A DNA stretch of 61,168 nucleotides, counting the filler, from Basidiobolus ranarum (taxonomy: Eukaryota), in assembly GCA_040143965.1 (NCBI GenBank). It is 16 parts of 16 records of this genome, joined end to end, with 100 filler letters (N's around TTAATTAATTAA, not from the genome) between each part and the next. Parts side by side here need not be neighbours in the genome. Positions count along the whole stretch, not along the records: positions 11,521 to 15,258 come from JASJQH010009184.1; positions 15,359 to 19,093 come from JASJQH010009185.1; positions 19,194 to 22,927 come from JASJQH010009186.1; positions 23,028 to 26,759 come from JASJQH010009187.1; 12 more parts are not named here. One strand, given 5' to 3'. Under the pieces are notes generated by a model. The model was given only the letters and a program-made list of their open reading frames with translations, had not been told where the DNA came from and made no database searches. Both the position numbers and the translations under genes were made by a program. Below, piece after piece: positions 11,521 through 23,355 of the stretch; positions within the stretch are counted from its first letter, which is position 1; each line of letters opens with the position of its first letter.

Positions 11521-14207
11521 AAACCATTTGGTGCGAAAGAGCTTGTTGCACGAGTACACACTCATCTGGAACTCGGAAAGCTAAGAATCGAGTTGGAGAA
11601 GATGGTGAAGGAGCGAACAAAAGAGTTGATTACCAGTGAAATGAGATACAAGTCATTAACAAAACTGAGTCCGGTGGGCATTTTCAGATTGGATTTGGAT
11701 GTAAGTTCAATTTGATGACTTGAGAAATGATATGATATGTTTGAAGGGTGAATAGTAAATCAGTTTACTGATGATTGATTTTTCACGCACAGGGGAGAGT
11801 AACCTATACGAATGAAAAATGGTGGAAGATCTCGGGGCACAACCGTGAACTAGATCCCACAGCTTCTGACTTTTTGTCTAGTGTACATCCGGAAGATCGT
11901 GAATCATCTAACCTGCTATGGCAACATGCTATCAGAGAAAAGCTTGACTGTATTGTTGAATTCAGATGGAGGTGGCCTAATGGAGAATCACGCTGGTGTC
12001 TTAGTGAGTACACTTTGTGTGAAGTGGTTTCCAATGGTATTGATTAACTCATAAAACGACTCTTTGCTATTCAGATGAGATGATTGTTCAATATGACGAG
12101 GATAAGAAGCCATGTGGGTTTGTGGGTGCTATTTCGGATCTCACCGAGCGCAAGATTCTCGAGAAAGAACGACTCTCTGCGGTTAGACTTGCTGAGCAGC
12201 AGCAACGCCACCGTGCCGAAGAAGCAGAGGAGGTGAAACGACAACAAGAGATTTATATTGATATGACATGTCACGAGTTGCGCAATCCGCTCAATGGCAT
12301 TTATCACAGTGCAGACTTGCTGCACGAGTCATTGGAGAAAGTGCAGAAAGAAGTACGCAAAGAAAGTATCAAGAAAGTGGCGAACTGGTTAGAGAACGAG
12401 ATCACTAGTGACCTGGATGTCATTGATACGATAACTCTATGCGCTCAACACCAAAAGGTAAGCCTATGCTTTTCGTGTATATTTGTTACTAGTAACATGG
12501 TGAATCGAATGACCAAGATTTGTACACTGATTGTCATCTTGTGTTTGAATGGATTGGAAACTTACATAAGTTCGTTTTACAAATAGAAAATTGCAGATGA
12601 TGTGCTTCACATGTCGAAGATCAACATGAACCTTCTTGTTCTCTCGAAAACCAACATGAGACCAGTTAGTGTGGTTTCAAACGTGATTCGCATGTTCGAA
12701 ACGGAAGTCAGACTGAAGGAGATTGATCTAGAGTTCACAGTAGCCGAAGGTTACTCACAGCTTGATGTGGACTGGGTGAAGGGAGATCCGACACGATTCA
12801 CACAAATATTGTAAGTTCAGTTTGTAGGGGAGAGTGTGCGAAATCTGTTTATGATGGGTACTAATATATTCTTATTGTCAGAATCAACTTCCTCACGAAT
12901 GCCATTCGCTTTACTGAACGAGCACCTTTCAGACGGATTACTGTTACCCTTGATGCGTTAGATCAACCCCCTCAATCTACAGTCAACGAGATAGTTGAAA
13001 TCAACGAACAACAGTTGTGTATAAGAAATGGTGGAGATGGAGAGCATAGCTCCGTATTGATTTCTTCAAATCCTCAGTCAGAAACTCAAACAGAATTCGG
13101 CTCACCAGTAATAGGTTCAGATGTGACAAGTGATATTTCGGATAATATGGGAGGGGAGCCATCAGAAGGGCCCACCACCGCTTTGTTAGATGCGGTTTAT
13201 ATTGCCATCTCCATTAAGGATAGTGGTGTAGGAATGACCATAGAGGAACAATCGAACCTGTTTCAACGATTTGCCCAGGCCAACCCCCGCACTTATGCAG
13301 AATTTGGAGGGAGTGGACTTGGTTTATTCATTAGCAAACGACTTGTTGAACTTCATGATGGTAAGATCACAGTCGAGTCAAAGAAAGGAGATGGAACCAC
13401 ATTCTCATTCTATATCAAATGTGAGAGAATCGACAACAGTATGAGCCCAGAACAACTGGGTTTGGATATTGATACCGGTGTTATGGAATATACTTATACA
13501 GAACCTCACAAACCGCCAATTGATAGACTGAGTACTAAAGGCTCGCCCATTACCAAAGAAGCACATAAGAGAAAGAGTTCGTCAGTTAAGCAGAAAGGAA
13601 AACTCAAGAAGCAAATCGGAAACAAATGCAAACTTCCCAAAGAAAAAGAGGATTCTGTGGTATGGACTAAATCGTGTGAAATTGAGCACACAGCAGAGTT
13701 GATTCTAGATGCTGATGGTACTACCCCTCATACTATGGAGTGCTCATTAGGACCAGATACAGATGTTCTTGTGGTTGAAGACAATCTAATCAACCAACGT
13801 GTACTTAAGCGTCAACTAGAATCAGCAGGGTTCTCAGTTGGCGTGGCAAAACACGGTGTGGAAGCTTTGGATGTTATAACAGAATCAAACTACCACTTGA
13901 TTTTGATGGTTCGTACACTTTGACTAGTTTGTAAGTTCTATTCTATCTTCACATTTATTGACACGGTTATTTAACTTAGGATCTCGAGATGCCAATCATG
14001 GGTGGGTTGGAGTGCACACGTCGCATAAGAGAAATCGAGCAAGAGAATGGGGGACGCTATATTCCTATTATTGGGGTATCGGGTAATGCAAGAGAGGAGT
14101 ACAGGCGACTAGCGATTGAATCTGGAATGACGGACTATATTATTAAACCATATGATAAGCAAGAGCTTATGGATCTTGTGCTGGGATACATACAAAAATT
14201 TAACTGA
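11521..14207 (+). CDS. Hybrid sensor histidine kinase (end of REC, PAS, HisKA, HATPase, REC); 5'-truncated, multi-exon
   Basis: Opens with KPFGAKELVARVHTHLEL (receiver C-terminus). PAS: LSPVGIF, YTNEKWWKISG, VHPEDR, EFRW. H-box DMTCHELRNPLNGI; GDPTRFTQILINFLTNA; DSGVGM, GGSGLGLFIS; receiver VLVVEDNLINQ...LILMDLEMPIMGG...KPYD. Confidence 0.93.
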
Positions 14208-15096
14208 GCATTAAATGACCATTTAGTTGTACCATATTTCTTTAGAGCATGAACAAATCCTTGATCCTCCACATATAAATAAACTCAATCGATAATATCA
14301 TTTCTAAATAATCATTATTGTGACCTGATGTGTTTGTGAATCTCGATATCCCATAGGCCATTATGTAAGCGTATTTTCTGCTTAATTGAAGCAAATTGGA
14401 GATTAGGATAATTCAAATTAATGGATTTAGACAAAAAAGGAGATTATCATGATATATCTTGACTAGTCGAAGAGATATGTATCAAACTGAGGAAGCACAC
14501 AAGTCGCAGTTTAATCGCCTGAATCAAGAATATCTAAATATACATAGATCACTGCCATGCTATTTTCCGTTTAGTTTCTGTATCTGAATCATATTGTCAC
14601 ACCATCTAGGGTTAGGTATATCTTTCGCCGAATGAATCGCCCAATTTATCCGATTGGCTAGAATTTCACTGCTTTATTAAGACGACGAATCATGTTATTT
14701 CATTTAGTGTTTCAGCTCATCGAGCGTGGCCTTCAAATCTGCGATCTTTCCAACCATTCTGGCTATATCAAATTGTCAGTCCGTGATTACAGGTTGATAT
14801 AGGGTCGATAAAATTTTTATTCAACAAATCGATCAGACAGAGTATGCTGTAATTGTGATCTGAAGATCTAAGATTTATCTAGAGTTATACTTACCTCCTC
14901 GTTTGCTATTATTGAACAGCTTAATTTCTCCAGTTTCCTCATTAGTATTGCAAAGTTACTTCTTTCTTCGTTTTTTCTATCGCTTCACTCTTACACTGAC
15001 TAGTAAAAATACTAGAAGTTCTACTACAATATACTATCTGACTTATCAATACTATCAATAACTCAAAAATAGTTCCTCTTTGGAGCTTCGTTCATA

Positions 15097-15258
15097 ATGA
15101 TTAGTTCGGACATTAATGACGAAAGTCCAACACTTCATATATCGAAGCCTATCATGTTGGAGTCGTATTTGGAATGTTTAAATCAACCTGCACTAATTCT
15201 ATCATATTCTTCTCTTCACCTATCAAACTCACCTACTCCTTCGACCCTTCTATTCGCC
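15097..15258 (+). CDS. 5' start of an unidentified gene, possibly a PAS-like N-terminus, cut by the contig end
   Basis: Open frame from the ATG to the gap; YLECLNQPALIL...LLFA loosely resembles fungal kinase PAS starts. Confidence 0.3.
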
Positions 15259-15358
15259 NNNNNNNNNNNNNNNNNNNNNNNNNNNNNNNNNNNNNNNNNN
15301 NNTTAATTAATTAANNNNNNNNNNNNNNNNNNNNNNNNNNNNNNNNNNNNNNNNNNNN

Positions 15359-15382
15359 TAGGGTTAGGGTCAGGGTTAGGGG
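15359..15382 (+). repeat. Telomere-like (TTAGGG/TCAGGG)n repeats at the contig start; degenerate second tract at about 15491-15510
   Basis: TAGGGTTAGGGTCAGGGTTAGGG read directly; second tract TAAGGGTCAGGGTTTAGG. Confidence 0.8.
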
Positions 15383-17954
15383 GATGAAAAGCACCATATG
15401 GTGTGAACTTTATTTAGCTTAAATCCTAATATATACAAAGTGACAATCAAGGCATTAATCTTTTAAGATATTAGGGTATAGATGTTCTGGTAAGGGTCAG
15501 GGTTTAGGTTTTTAGTAGCTTTATTGAGCATCACCTATATATGGTGCGCTTTATGATAATCAAAGAAGGTCAAACATAACATAAAATGAAGAAAATTGAA
15601 ATTCCTGTAGAGCTTACTAGGAAAGGAAGGTATAAAGAATAGGTTTTGCAATATATATAGGGCCAAAGCTAGTGAATCAAAGAGTCCATCAACTTGAGTA
15701 GACTGGGAGTAGGTCAGGCCTAATGGCAGAGATCAAAGCACTCAATCTTTGCTTCAAAGCCTTCTGTTTTTGAAACTGAAAGAGAGCATCTGTATCTTTA
15801 AACCCAAAGCATTTTTCAGGATGAGTGTAATAGAAGAGATGATGGCATATTGGATATTTAGAGCCCAGACAGAAAGTATTCATTCTTCATCTGATGGCTT
15901 GAATGGCCAAGTAGCTATCTTTGATGTAGAGTGATACATCAGCACCACTGTGTGTATGATGGCTTTCCTCTTTAATATGAGCTATTCTATCTCTCTTAGT
16001 CTTAGTTTTGGATAGATTTCTTACTTTTCTCTGAAGCATAGCCAAAGACAGTGTTAACTTGTTGTCTGGAGAGTTACCACTGTTGGTGGCAACATATTGG
16101 ATGTAACCTGCTGGCTTGTGGATCTTCTTCTTGATAAGAGAAAGAGCAGTAGCAGCAACTTCTTCATAGTATATGGAATTTGCCATTGCCCTGATTGGAT
16201 TGGAAGAGAGTGATTTGGCATAGTGTAATCCAAATCTAATTCCTAGAGTCTCAAATCTGTCTGGTACTGACTCAATACCTGTGCAACTATGAACTAGTCT
16301 GTGATATTGTTTGGAGTGAAAGGCTGAAGCATTGACAACCCATCCAAGGGCATTTCATTGAAGAGCCTCAATTTTCCTAATTGAGTCCTGAGGTGAAGCT
16401 AGTAGCATCATGGAGCAGCATATTCCCACTGAGACCTGACAAAGGATCTGCAAAGGTGCAGCCTAACCAGTGGAGGCCATCTGCTACCTTTCAGCTGGAG
16501 ATAGCCCAATGTGTGGGAAGCCTTTTCTACACATTTTGATATATGACCATCCCTATCAATACCAAGCTGAGGGATTGGGAGACCAAGGTAGGGATAAGAA
16601 GTAGGAGATGGTAGAGAAATTCCTTCAAGCTGAAGGCTCCAATCCATATTAGGATCCACACAGGCAGATTTTGAAGGGTTAGGAACCATCCCATTATGCA
16701 AGCAACAGAGACTAATCATATCCAGCATTTCCTGAGCATGTGATTGATTTTTGGGAAGGAGCTGAATATCATCAGCAAAGAGCAATGCAGATGGGACAAT
16801 AGATGAAGTATCTGTAGCATTATGAGAAGCAGCTAGATCAACAATATAGATATTGAATAGGAAAGAGGAGAGAAGTGAGCCTTGAAAAAGGCCTCTGTGT
16901 CTAGGAAAGGGATCTGATATGACTCTATTGATACTAATAGTGGAGTAGCACTTGGAGAAAAGGGAATGAACTATTCTCAGTAGCTGATCTGAGGCCTTCA
17001 AGTTCTTGAACTTTTTCAGAAGCAATGGAATGACAACTCTATCATAAGCCTGCTTGAGGTCAACAAATTCTCTATCAGCTCTAAGATCAGGGCCAGAGAG
17101 AGTGAAAGCATCATGGGAGATTATTGAGTGACTTATTGCTGAGTATCCATTTCTGAATCCTGCTTGAGCAGGATGAAAGCTAGAGAAGGTGGATTTGTTC
17201 AAAAACTTCAGCAAACATGCCTCAAAGATTCTTCTTGGCATTGGGGTTAGGGCTATAGGCCTAAAGTTGTTGATGGGAGTGGCACCAAGCTTCTTAGGGA
17301 TTACATGAATATGTGAGATATTCCACTGTGAAGGTGTGCATCCAAGCTTGAGACAGTAATGGAAGAATTTCTGAAGATCACCAGGATCTCCACTCCTTGA
17401 GCTAAAACTTTCAAAATACTGATGTGAAGTTGGTCAAGGCCAGCAGACTTAGAAGAAGGGTTCTTTCTGATAACCTGGCAAATGGTCTTTTGACTAAACC
17501 ACTGTGAGCCACTCAGAGTGTCCTCAATTTGCCCACCATACTGTGGAATTAGCCCATTGGGAAGGCATTCTTGTGAAGGATGGGAAAACACTTCCTGGAA
17601 ATATTGGCAATAATCTTTTACTACAGAGATGATTGGATCTCCAGAGTTGATTATGGCATCAGCCTGGGAATACTTTTGCGCCAGCTTAAACAAAGAAGCA
17701 GACTTTTGAGCAGCAGTAGTTGAATTCAGCTTTTGCAAGATGAGTCTTTCTGAGTTGTTTGGTTTAGATCTTACATCATGAACAGAGTAAGATCCCAAAT
17801 GAGTCTCACAGACTGCTAAGGTTAGGGAGTAAAACACTGCATATGCAGCATCAATTGCCCTAGAAATATGGCCAAATGGAGAACTACTAGTAAATGTATC
17901 TAATAGAGTCCAAACTTTCTCCAAGGAAGTACCAAGAAAGGAAGTGGTGTTGTT
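15359..17954 (-). mobile_element. Non-LTR retrotransposon (LINE), 5'-truncated and degenerate: pre-RT linker, RT, C-terminal Cys/His finger remnant, 3' UTR
   Basis: KSAGLDQLHISILK (RT0), NFRPIALT, HPAQAGFR, VDLKQAYDRV, GLFQGSLLS.FLFNIY, LFADD, YPYLG; C-terminal KYPICHHLFYYTHPEKC ending at 15689; stops and frameshifts present. Confidence 0.88.
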
Positions 17955-18369
17955 ACTAACTATGACAACTTGAGGAGAGGGAGAAACAACAAGGGCAGGA
18001 GGCAAAAATGCAGTCAGAGCAAAGTGAACCAAATGATTTGTACCAAATTGCATTTTAAATCTATCTTTTGTCAAAGTGCAAGTGGGAATAGCCATGATTC
18101 CTGCATTGTTAATAAGGAAATCAACTGTGCAAGAACTTCTTGAGAGAAATCATATATGGAGGCTAAATCAGAGAGATCAAGTTTTCCAACTTTAAATCTC
18201 CTTCAGGTACTTGCTTGCAAAGTTGAGTAAGAGCTTTGTTGGCTTTGCTAGGTTTGTAGCAAGCAAGCCATACTCTAGCACTGACATGACCAAATTTGCA
18301 TGCAGTGTAGAATCCAAGACCACTGTCAGCGCCTGTAATAATTACAGTTTTTTCTTTAAGATTGGCCAT
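17955..18369 (-). pseudogene. Short-chain dehydrogenase/reductase (retinol-dehydrogenase-like) N-terminal half, fused to the 5' end of the LINE
   Basis: TVIITGADSGLG, VWLAC, VDFLINNAGIMA, T.DRFKMQFGTNHLVHFALT, QVVIVS; frameshifted, and the catalytic YxxxK half is absent. Confidence 0.85.
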
Positions 18370-18554
18370 TTTGGTAGGAGTCTACTTCAACATTTTTGGT
18401 AAAAACACTAAAGATGTGATAGATTGGAAATGAAAGATCAAAGTAAGAATGTGTTTGTTTGCTTGATTTTTGGACAAAATGCATATTTAAGCACCAATAT
18501 CATATCTAAAGTTTGAACACTTAGCCAAATGTAGGATTGTGGCTTTTGAAAATT

Positions 18555-18874
18555 GTGTTGAAAGTGGTTTAGAGTACTAGAAGAATTGGTGGTTTTCACC
18601 CATTGATTTATTGCATAGAAAGTTGAAATTTATAGTTTTGTCAAGATGTAAACAAATTAACATCTAGAATGTGTTAAGGCAGGTCCTAGAAACATGTGTG
18701 CAAAGTGTGAGGCTTCTTTGAAAAGTTAATATATCTTAGAGCTTCTAACTTGGTAAAAATATTCTGTGTAAATTTCTCTTGAGAATAATGGGTAATATTT
18801 TAGTTCAATATAGGACAACTAAATACTAAGCTATATATGACTATATAGGTGTTTAGGCAATGCCAATTTCAACA
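18555..18874 (-). mobile_element. Copia LTR family A, reverse, decayed
   Basis: Ends ...AGGCAATGCCAATTTCAACA, the reverse complement of the LTR-A start; left boundary approximate. Confidence 0.8.
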
Positions 18875-19193
18875 ATATTACCACCTAATCTTTTGCTGAG
18901 CAGGGATGTTTTGCCAAGCTTAAGTAAACTTAGACCATTGATATTGCCTGGGGAAGCACTCAATTCAACATTACTTCAAAACTTGTTTCTTCAAATATAG
19001 GAGTCATATTCTATGTGAAAGTATCTATTGGCCATCAGATTGCAGATGCTTGCATATTCTTACTTCTCAACAGTCAGTGTCCTCTACCATTTCNNNNNNN
19101 NNNNNNNNNNNNNNNNNNNNNNNNNNNNNNNNNNNNNTTAATTAATTAANNNNNNNNNNNNNNNNNNNNNNNNNNNNNNNNNNNNNNNNNNNN

Positions 19194-20744
19194 ACCTTCT
19201 ATGGTTGCTTTGTAAGATCCAGTAGCTATGGAGTAGTATGCCTTTTTCACTTCTAATCTTAGCTGCTCAGGTGTAAAGGATTTGTCTAAATTCTGAGAAA
19301 TGTGATATTACTTTCGACAATGCACCAAGTTGTTGTTAACTTCTTTCTTAACAGGCTTGAAGAGTGCTAGCAGAGTTTGCCGCAGATGTTCCACTGCTGA
19401 AAATATCTTTTGGTTGGTGATTTGAGGAAATGGTGACTTTCAGAACTTATCAATGACCTATTGTGCAGTGGCAGAGTCAGCAACATACATCTGATACTTT
19501 CCCTTTCTCTTAGTATCAGGTGGTGTATCATTTGATAATGGTACTATTACCTCAACTTCTGTCTTTGTTTCAGGTTTGAAATTCTTGTTTGGTTTCCAAT
19601 CCTGACTGTTGGCTTTTCTTTTCTCTATAAAAGAGTTAACTTCCTTTGCTTCTTCAGGTTCCATCAGATACTCATGAACCTCACCACTAGGTTCAGTAAG
19701 TGTACCAATGAATCTTTCTCTGGCTGGAACTGTGGGAATAGAGTCTACCTTGACATAGTTGCTGCTCTTATATTTATTAATGGTACTGGATTTACCTCTG
19801 ATGAAAGCCATTATACCACCATGCCCCTTGCTTAGGCTTAATTGATTTCCTTGACTATCCCAGATCTTGCCATACTTGTTAATGGAAGCTCTGTTCTGGT
19901 CAATGTCTGTGTTGAGTTCCTGGCAACTTGATCTATAGTGTTCTTCAGATTCACAATAGATACAATACTTTGGTTTAAAAGTATTTTCTTTCCCTGAGGA
20001 TGAGTTACTGTTGGCAGTTAGCTGTGTTGAACTTGTTGCTTTCATTGCATCCATGTTTACTTTCAGCTCCAGTGTCATTTTTCCCAGTGCATCTATGAGT
20101 TCCTCTACTTTGTCCCTAGTTGCAGCAGGTTTATTTGATATCTGAGGCTGAGAAGGGCTGAGTACTGTAGTAGGTATCTTCATCTGCTGTGAAATGGAGT
20201 CCATAATAGAGTGACCTGTGTTGAGCTTCAATACCCAATCTTTAACTTCTTCCTAGGTACTAGTTGCTGTAAGTTTCTGGCTGATGGAATCTCTCATTTC
20301 CTTGGGCCAATTGGGGATGAAGTAGTTTCTATTATAATGCTTAGGTATTCCTATCTTGCTGTCAATGTTGTTGGCTACTACTTCATAGTTTCTGATATAA
20401 TGAGCTAAATAAATGCTAAGGTAGTAAGCAATCACCAAATCATTAAGTGTAGGTAGGTCTTCAACTTGCTGAAATTCTTCTAAGATAGCTTTTTCTGCAT
20501 CTGTCCACAATGGTGTTGCAAGAGACTTTATCTTGAAGCAGTTGAGTGTTCTTAGCTGCTTTGATATTTGGGTTTCTGATATGATGAGAAATAATTGAAT
20601 TTTTCTCTTGTGAGTGATATCTAGAATTTCACAAACTTGATTAACTTCTGACAAGTATTGAACTACATCAAAACCAGTGAATCTATTGGGCGTCAATTGC
20701 TGAAAGCAAGAAATGGTTTCAGTTGTTGCTTGTTCAGGCATCAT
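19194..20744 (-). mobile_element. Ty3/gypsy-type gag remnant with zinc knuckle
   Basis: Two broken ORFs (20744-20253, 20231-19458): RFTGFDVVQYL..VNQVCE capsid-like start and CIYCESEEHYRSSC (CX2CX4HX4C). Confidence 0.7.
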
Positions 20745-20806
20745 GTAATAGGGAGAGAGATAGAAAGTGTTTAACAGAGTTAGAATAAGAAAGAAGTTTT
20801 AAGCTA

Positions 20807-20885
20807 CCCAGGTCCTCCACTAAACTTATAGTGTGGGATAGGGATGTTAACTTAAATGTTCAGTTAAATGCTTAATCCCACTACA
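20807..20885 (-). mobile_element. Putative very short 5' LTR (20885-20827) and tRNA-Ala-type PBS (20822-20807) of the gypsy element
   Basis: Minus strand TGTAGTGGGA...TCCCACACTATA inverted termini, 4 nt, then TAGTGGAGGACCTGGG (like TGGTGGAG, complementary to the tRNA-Ala 3' end), about 60 nt before gag. Confidence 0.5.
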
Positions 20886-21489
20886 AATCTCCAACAAAGC
20901 TGATTTTTTATACTGGAAGCTTAAAAATATTGATAGGAGATATATTCTTCACTCTATCCTTAAAGGGTAAAGAAACACTTTAGTGTATCAATAGCTTGAA
21001 GACTTTATGAGAAAAGGTTATTTCTGATAAATGCTATGAGTGGGTGGCTTAGCATTGAAATGACAATAAGATCACTAATATAGCAGCTGTGGCTCTGAAA
21101 CTTTGAACATATCAGCATCAAGTACTGTTGCAGCTCTGTGCAACATTTGAAGAGAATCCATTAGCTGGTTCAAGAGTCAGCACCAATCATGTAAGCATCC
21201 TGTGTTCTAAGTATATGCTAGTGGTGACTTTTGTGTTGAAAATTTGAAATGGTTGTAGCTCCACCAATCATTGATCAAATCTAATGATTCTTTCATGGTT
21301 AAAAAGCTCTAATTCAGGAATTTCTAATTGCAGCTTGAGATTTTTGTAATGAGTTAAGTATTGATGTGACTATGAGCAATCAAATATTCTTGTTCTTTTT
21401 CATCATCTGCAAAAATATTAAAAGATAGCCATAGATAAAAAGCCTCCTACTTATTATGTGCAAGATTTTGTTGGAATATTTCCAACACT

Positions 21490-22062
21490 ACAGTGTGTTC
21501 TCAAAGAAACCTTGACTTTTCAAATTCTTGTAGTAATATCCATCCAGCAAATTGGTAATACCATCAGCTTTGTGATGAGTACTTTGGTATTGGATCAATG
21601 ATCTATATTTGGGTCATTTCATCAAAACTTTAAGACAGGGAATCAACAGTATGTAAGCCAAATATGAGCAATATTTACCTGATTCAGTGATTGCCAATTG
21701 TTTGTAAATAGTACATGACTTCAGGTTTTTCAGATCATTGGTGAAAGGCAAGCAACCATTTGGACATGAAGGTAGTTTAATTGCTGAAGGTGTATAGGTC
21801 ATATGATTGACAAGTGTTTTACACTGGTACCAGGTCTGTGACAAGCAATAGTTGCCAAGCAACTGTGCTAAAAATGTAAGAAAACCAAGAAACACCTGGG
21901 TGCTAAGTTTGGATTGAACTCGCCACTCCTCAATAATCAAGCTTCTTCCTTTAGAGTAAGTGTTATGAGTGGGCTAATGTTTGCCAATAACAAAGAGTCC
22001 ATGACAAAGCCATTGTCTTCTTCCTCAACTTCTGATGTATTACCATCAGTACTGGAATAAAC
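21490..22062 (-). mobile_element. CACTA/EnSpm transposase 5' remnant
   Basis: EEWRVQSKLS...KLPSCPNGC...LKSCTIY...YLAYI.LIPCLK, homologous to 33616-34074 and 30689-31308. Confidence 0.8.
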
Positions 22063-22587
22063 TTTTGAAATTAGCATTGCCGAAACACCTATATAGTCAT
22101 ATAGAGCTTAGTACCTAGTTATCTTGTAATTCACTAAGATACTATCAATTATTCTCAATTGGAATTTACTTGGAATATTTTTACTAACATAGAGGTTCTC
22201 AGATATTTATATTTTTCAACTTGTGCTAGAAACCCCAAACTATGCACACATGTTCCTGGGACCTCCCTAACACATTCTACATGTTAGTTTGTTTATATCT
22301 TGACAAAACTATAAATGGCAACTTTCTACTCAATAAATCAATAAGTGAAAACCACCAATTTCTCTAATTCTCCAAACCACTTCCAATAGGCTCCTAAATA
22401 CTTTAACAGGTTATGAGCCCCAAGCTTGCACTCTCTATAATGTCTAATTCTCAAATTTATGGAACTTTACCTTCTTCTGAAAAATTGGATGGAACCAATT
22501 ATCAAGTTTGGAAAATTAAAATGAAAATGCTACTGCAAGAAAAAGGACTTTGGGACTATTGTACACCAACATACAAAGTTGCTTAAC
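22063..22587 (+). mobile_element. Copia family A 5' end: LTR 22063-22408, PBS 22409-22420, gag start 22440
   Basis: LTR ends AAATACTTTAACA, then GGTTATGAGCCC, then MSNSQIYGTLPSSEKLDGTNYQVWKIKMKMLLQEKGLWDYC (Copia gag N-terminus). Confidence 0.9.
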
Positions 22588-22619
22588 TTATGCTATATCT
22601 ATACAACTTGCATGAATAT

Positions 22620-22927
22620 CTGTTTAGTTTATAATTATTGCTAATTAGTCACCTGACTTTATCCAGTGACTTTATCATGTGACCAATCACCTGACTAACT
22701 ATCTATTTGCTTATCCCTTCTATCAGATCATTTGACCAATCACATGATCATTATCCAATCAGTACTAACCTCTGAGTCATCTGTCTAGACACAAGTCAAT
22801 ATGAGTCACAAGATTAATAACCAATGATCTTTCACTGCCAAGACTTCAGCTGATGCATGACTCACTTATCTATCTATCTATCTATCCAATCACATTTTCT
22901 TCTATCAGAATTAGTCATCTAATATCT
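22620..22927. repeat. Low-complexity region with repeated TCAC(C/A)TGA(C/T) and CCAATCA motifs and a (TATC)n microsatellite
   Basis: TCACCTGACT, TCATGTGACCAATCACCTGACT, GACCAATCACATGATC; TTATCTATCTATCTATCTATCC near 22866-22887. Confidence 0.5.
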
Positions 22928-23027
22928 NNNNNNNNNNNNNNNNNNNNNNNNNNNNNNNNNNNNNNNNNNNNTTAATTAATTAANNNNNNNNNNNNNNNNN
23001 NNNNNNNNNNNNNNNNNNNNNNNNNNN

Positions 23028-23355
23028 TATCTGGTTGGGTTACAGTCATAGCATAGATCAAACTACCTACCATAGATTGATAAGGGAACTCAGGGCTTTC
23101 AAATGACATATTTTGAGCCATATTTGGCCAATTTTCATTATTTTGGATGGGATTTTTGACTAGTTTCACACCTGGATCCATGGGAGTTGCTACTAGCTTG
23201 CAATTCTCCATCCTGTAACGTCTGAGAATGTCTGAGATATATTTAGATTGATTCAGAGTGATAGACTTACTCAGTATATCTGTATGGATCTGCAGACCTA
23301 AAAAATATGTAAGTTCACCTAAATCGGTCATCTTGATTTGGCCTGATAGATACTC
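23028..23355 (-). mobile_element. Inverted Copia RT fragment, paralogous to about 25490-25820
   Basis: MTDLGELTYFLGLQI...PYQSMVGSLIYAMTVTQPD, near-identical to the plus-strand RT segment in the same contig. Confidence 0.88.

Noticed and set aside
15359-15382. True chromosome end
   Set aside because: A left telomere would read CCCTAA on the plus strand. The tract is short, includes TCAGGG variants and has the opposite polarity.
21060-21440. VQSFRATAA on the minus strand, resembling tyrosine-recombinase box II (Crypton-like)
   Set aside because: A single degenerate motif without the His, amid stops; too little to call without an HMM search.
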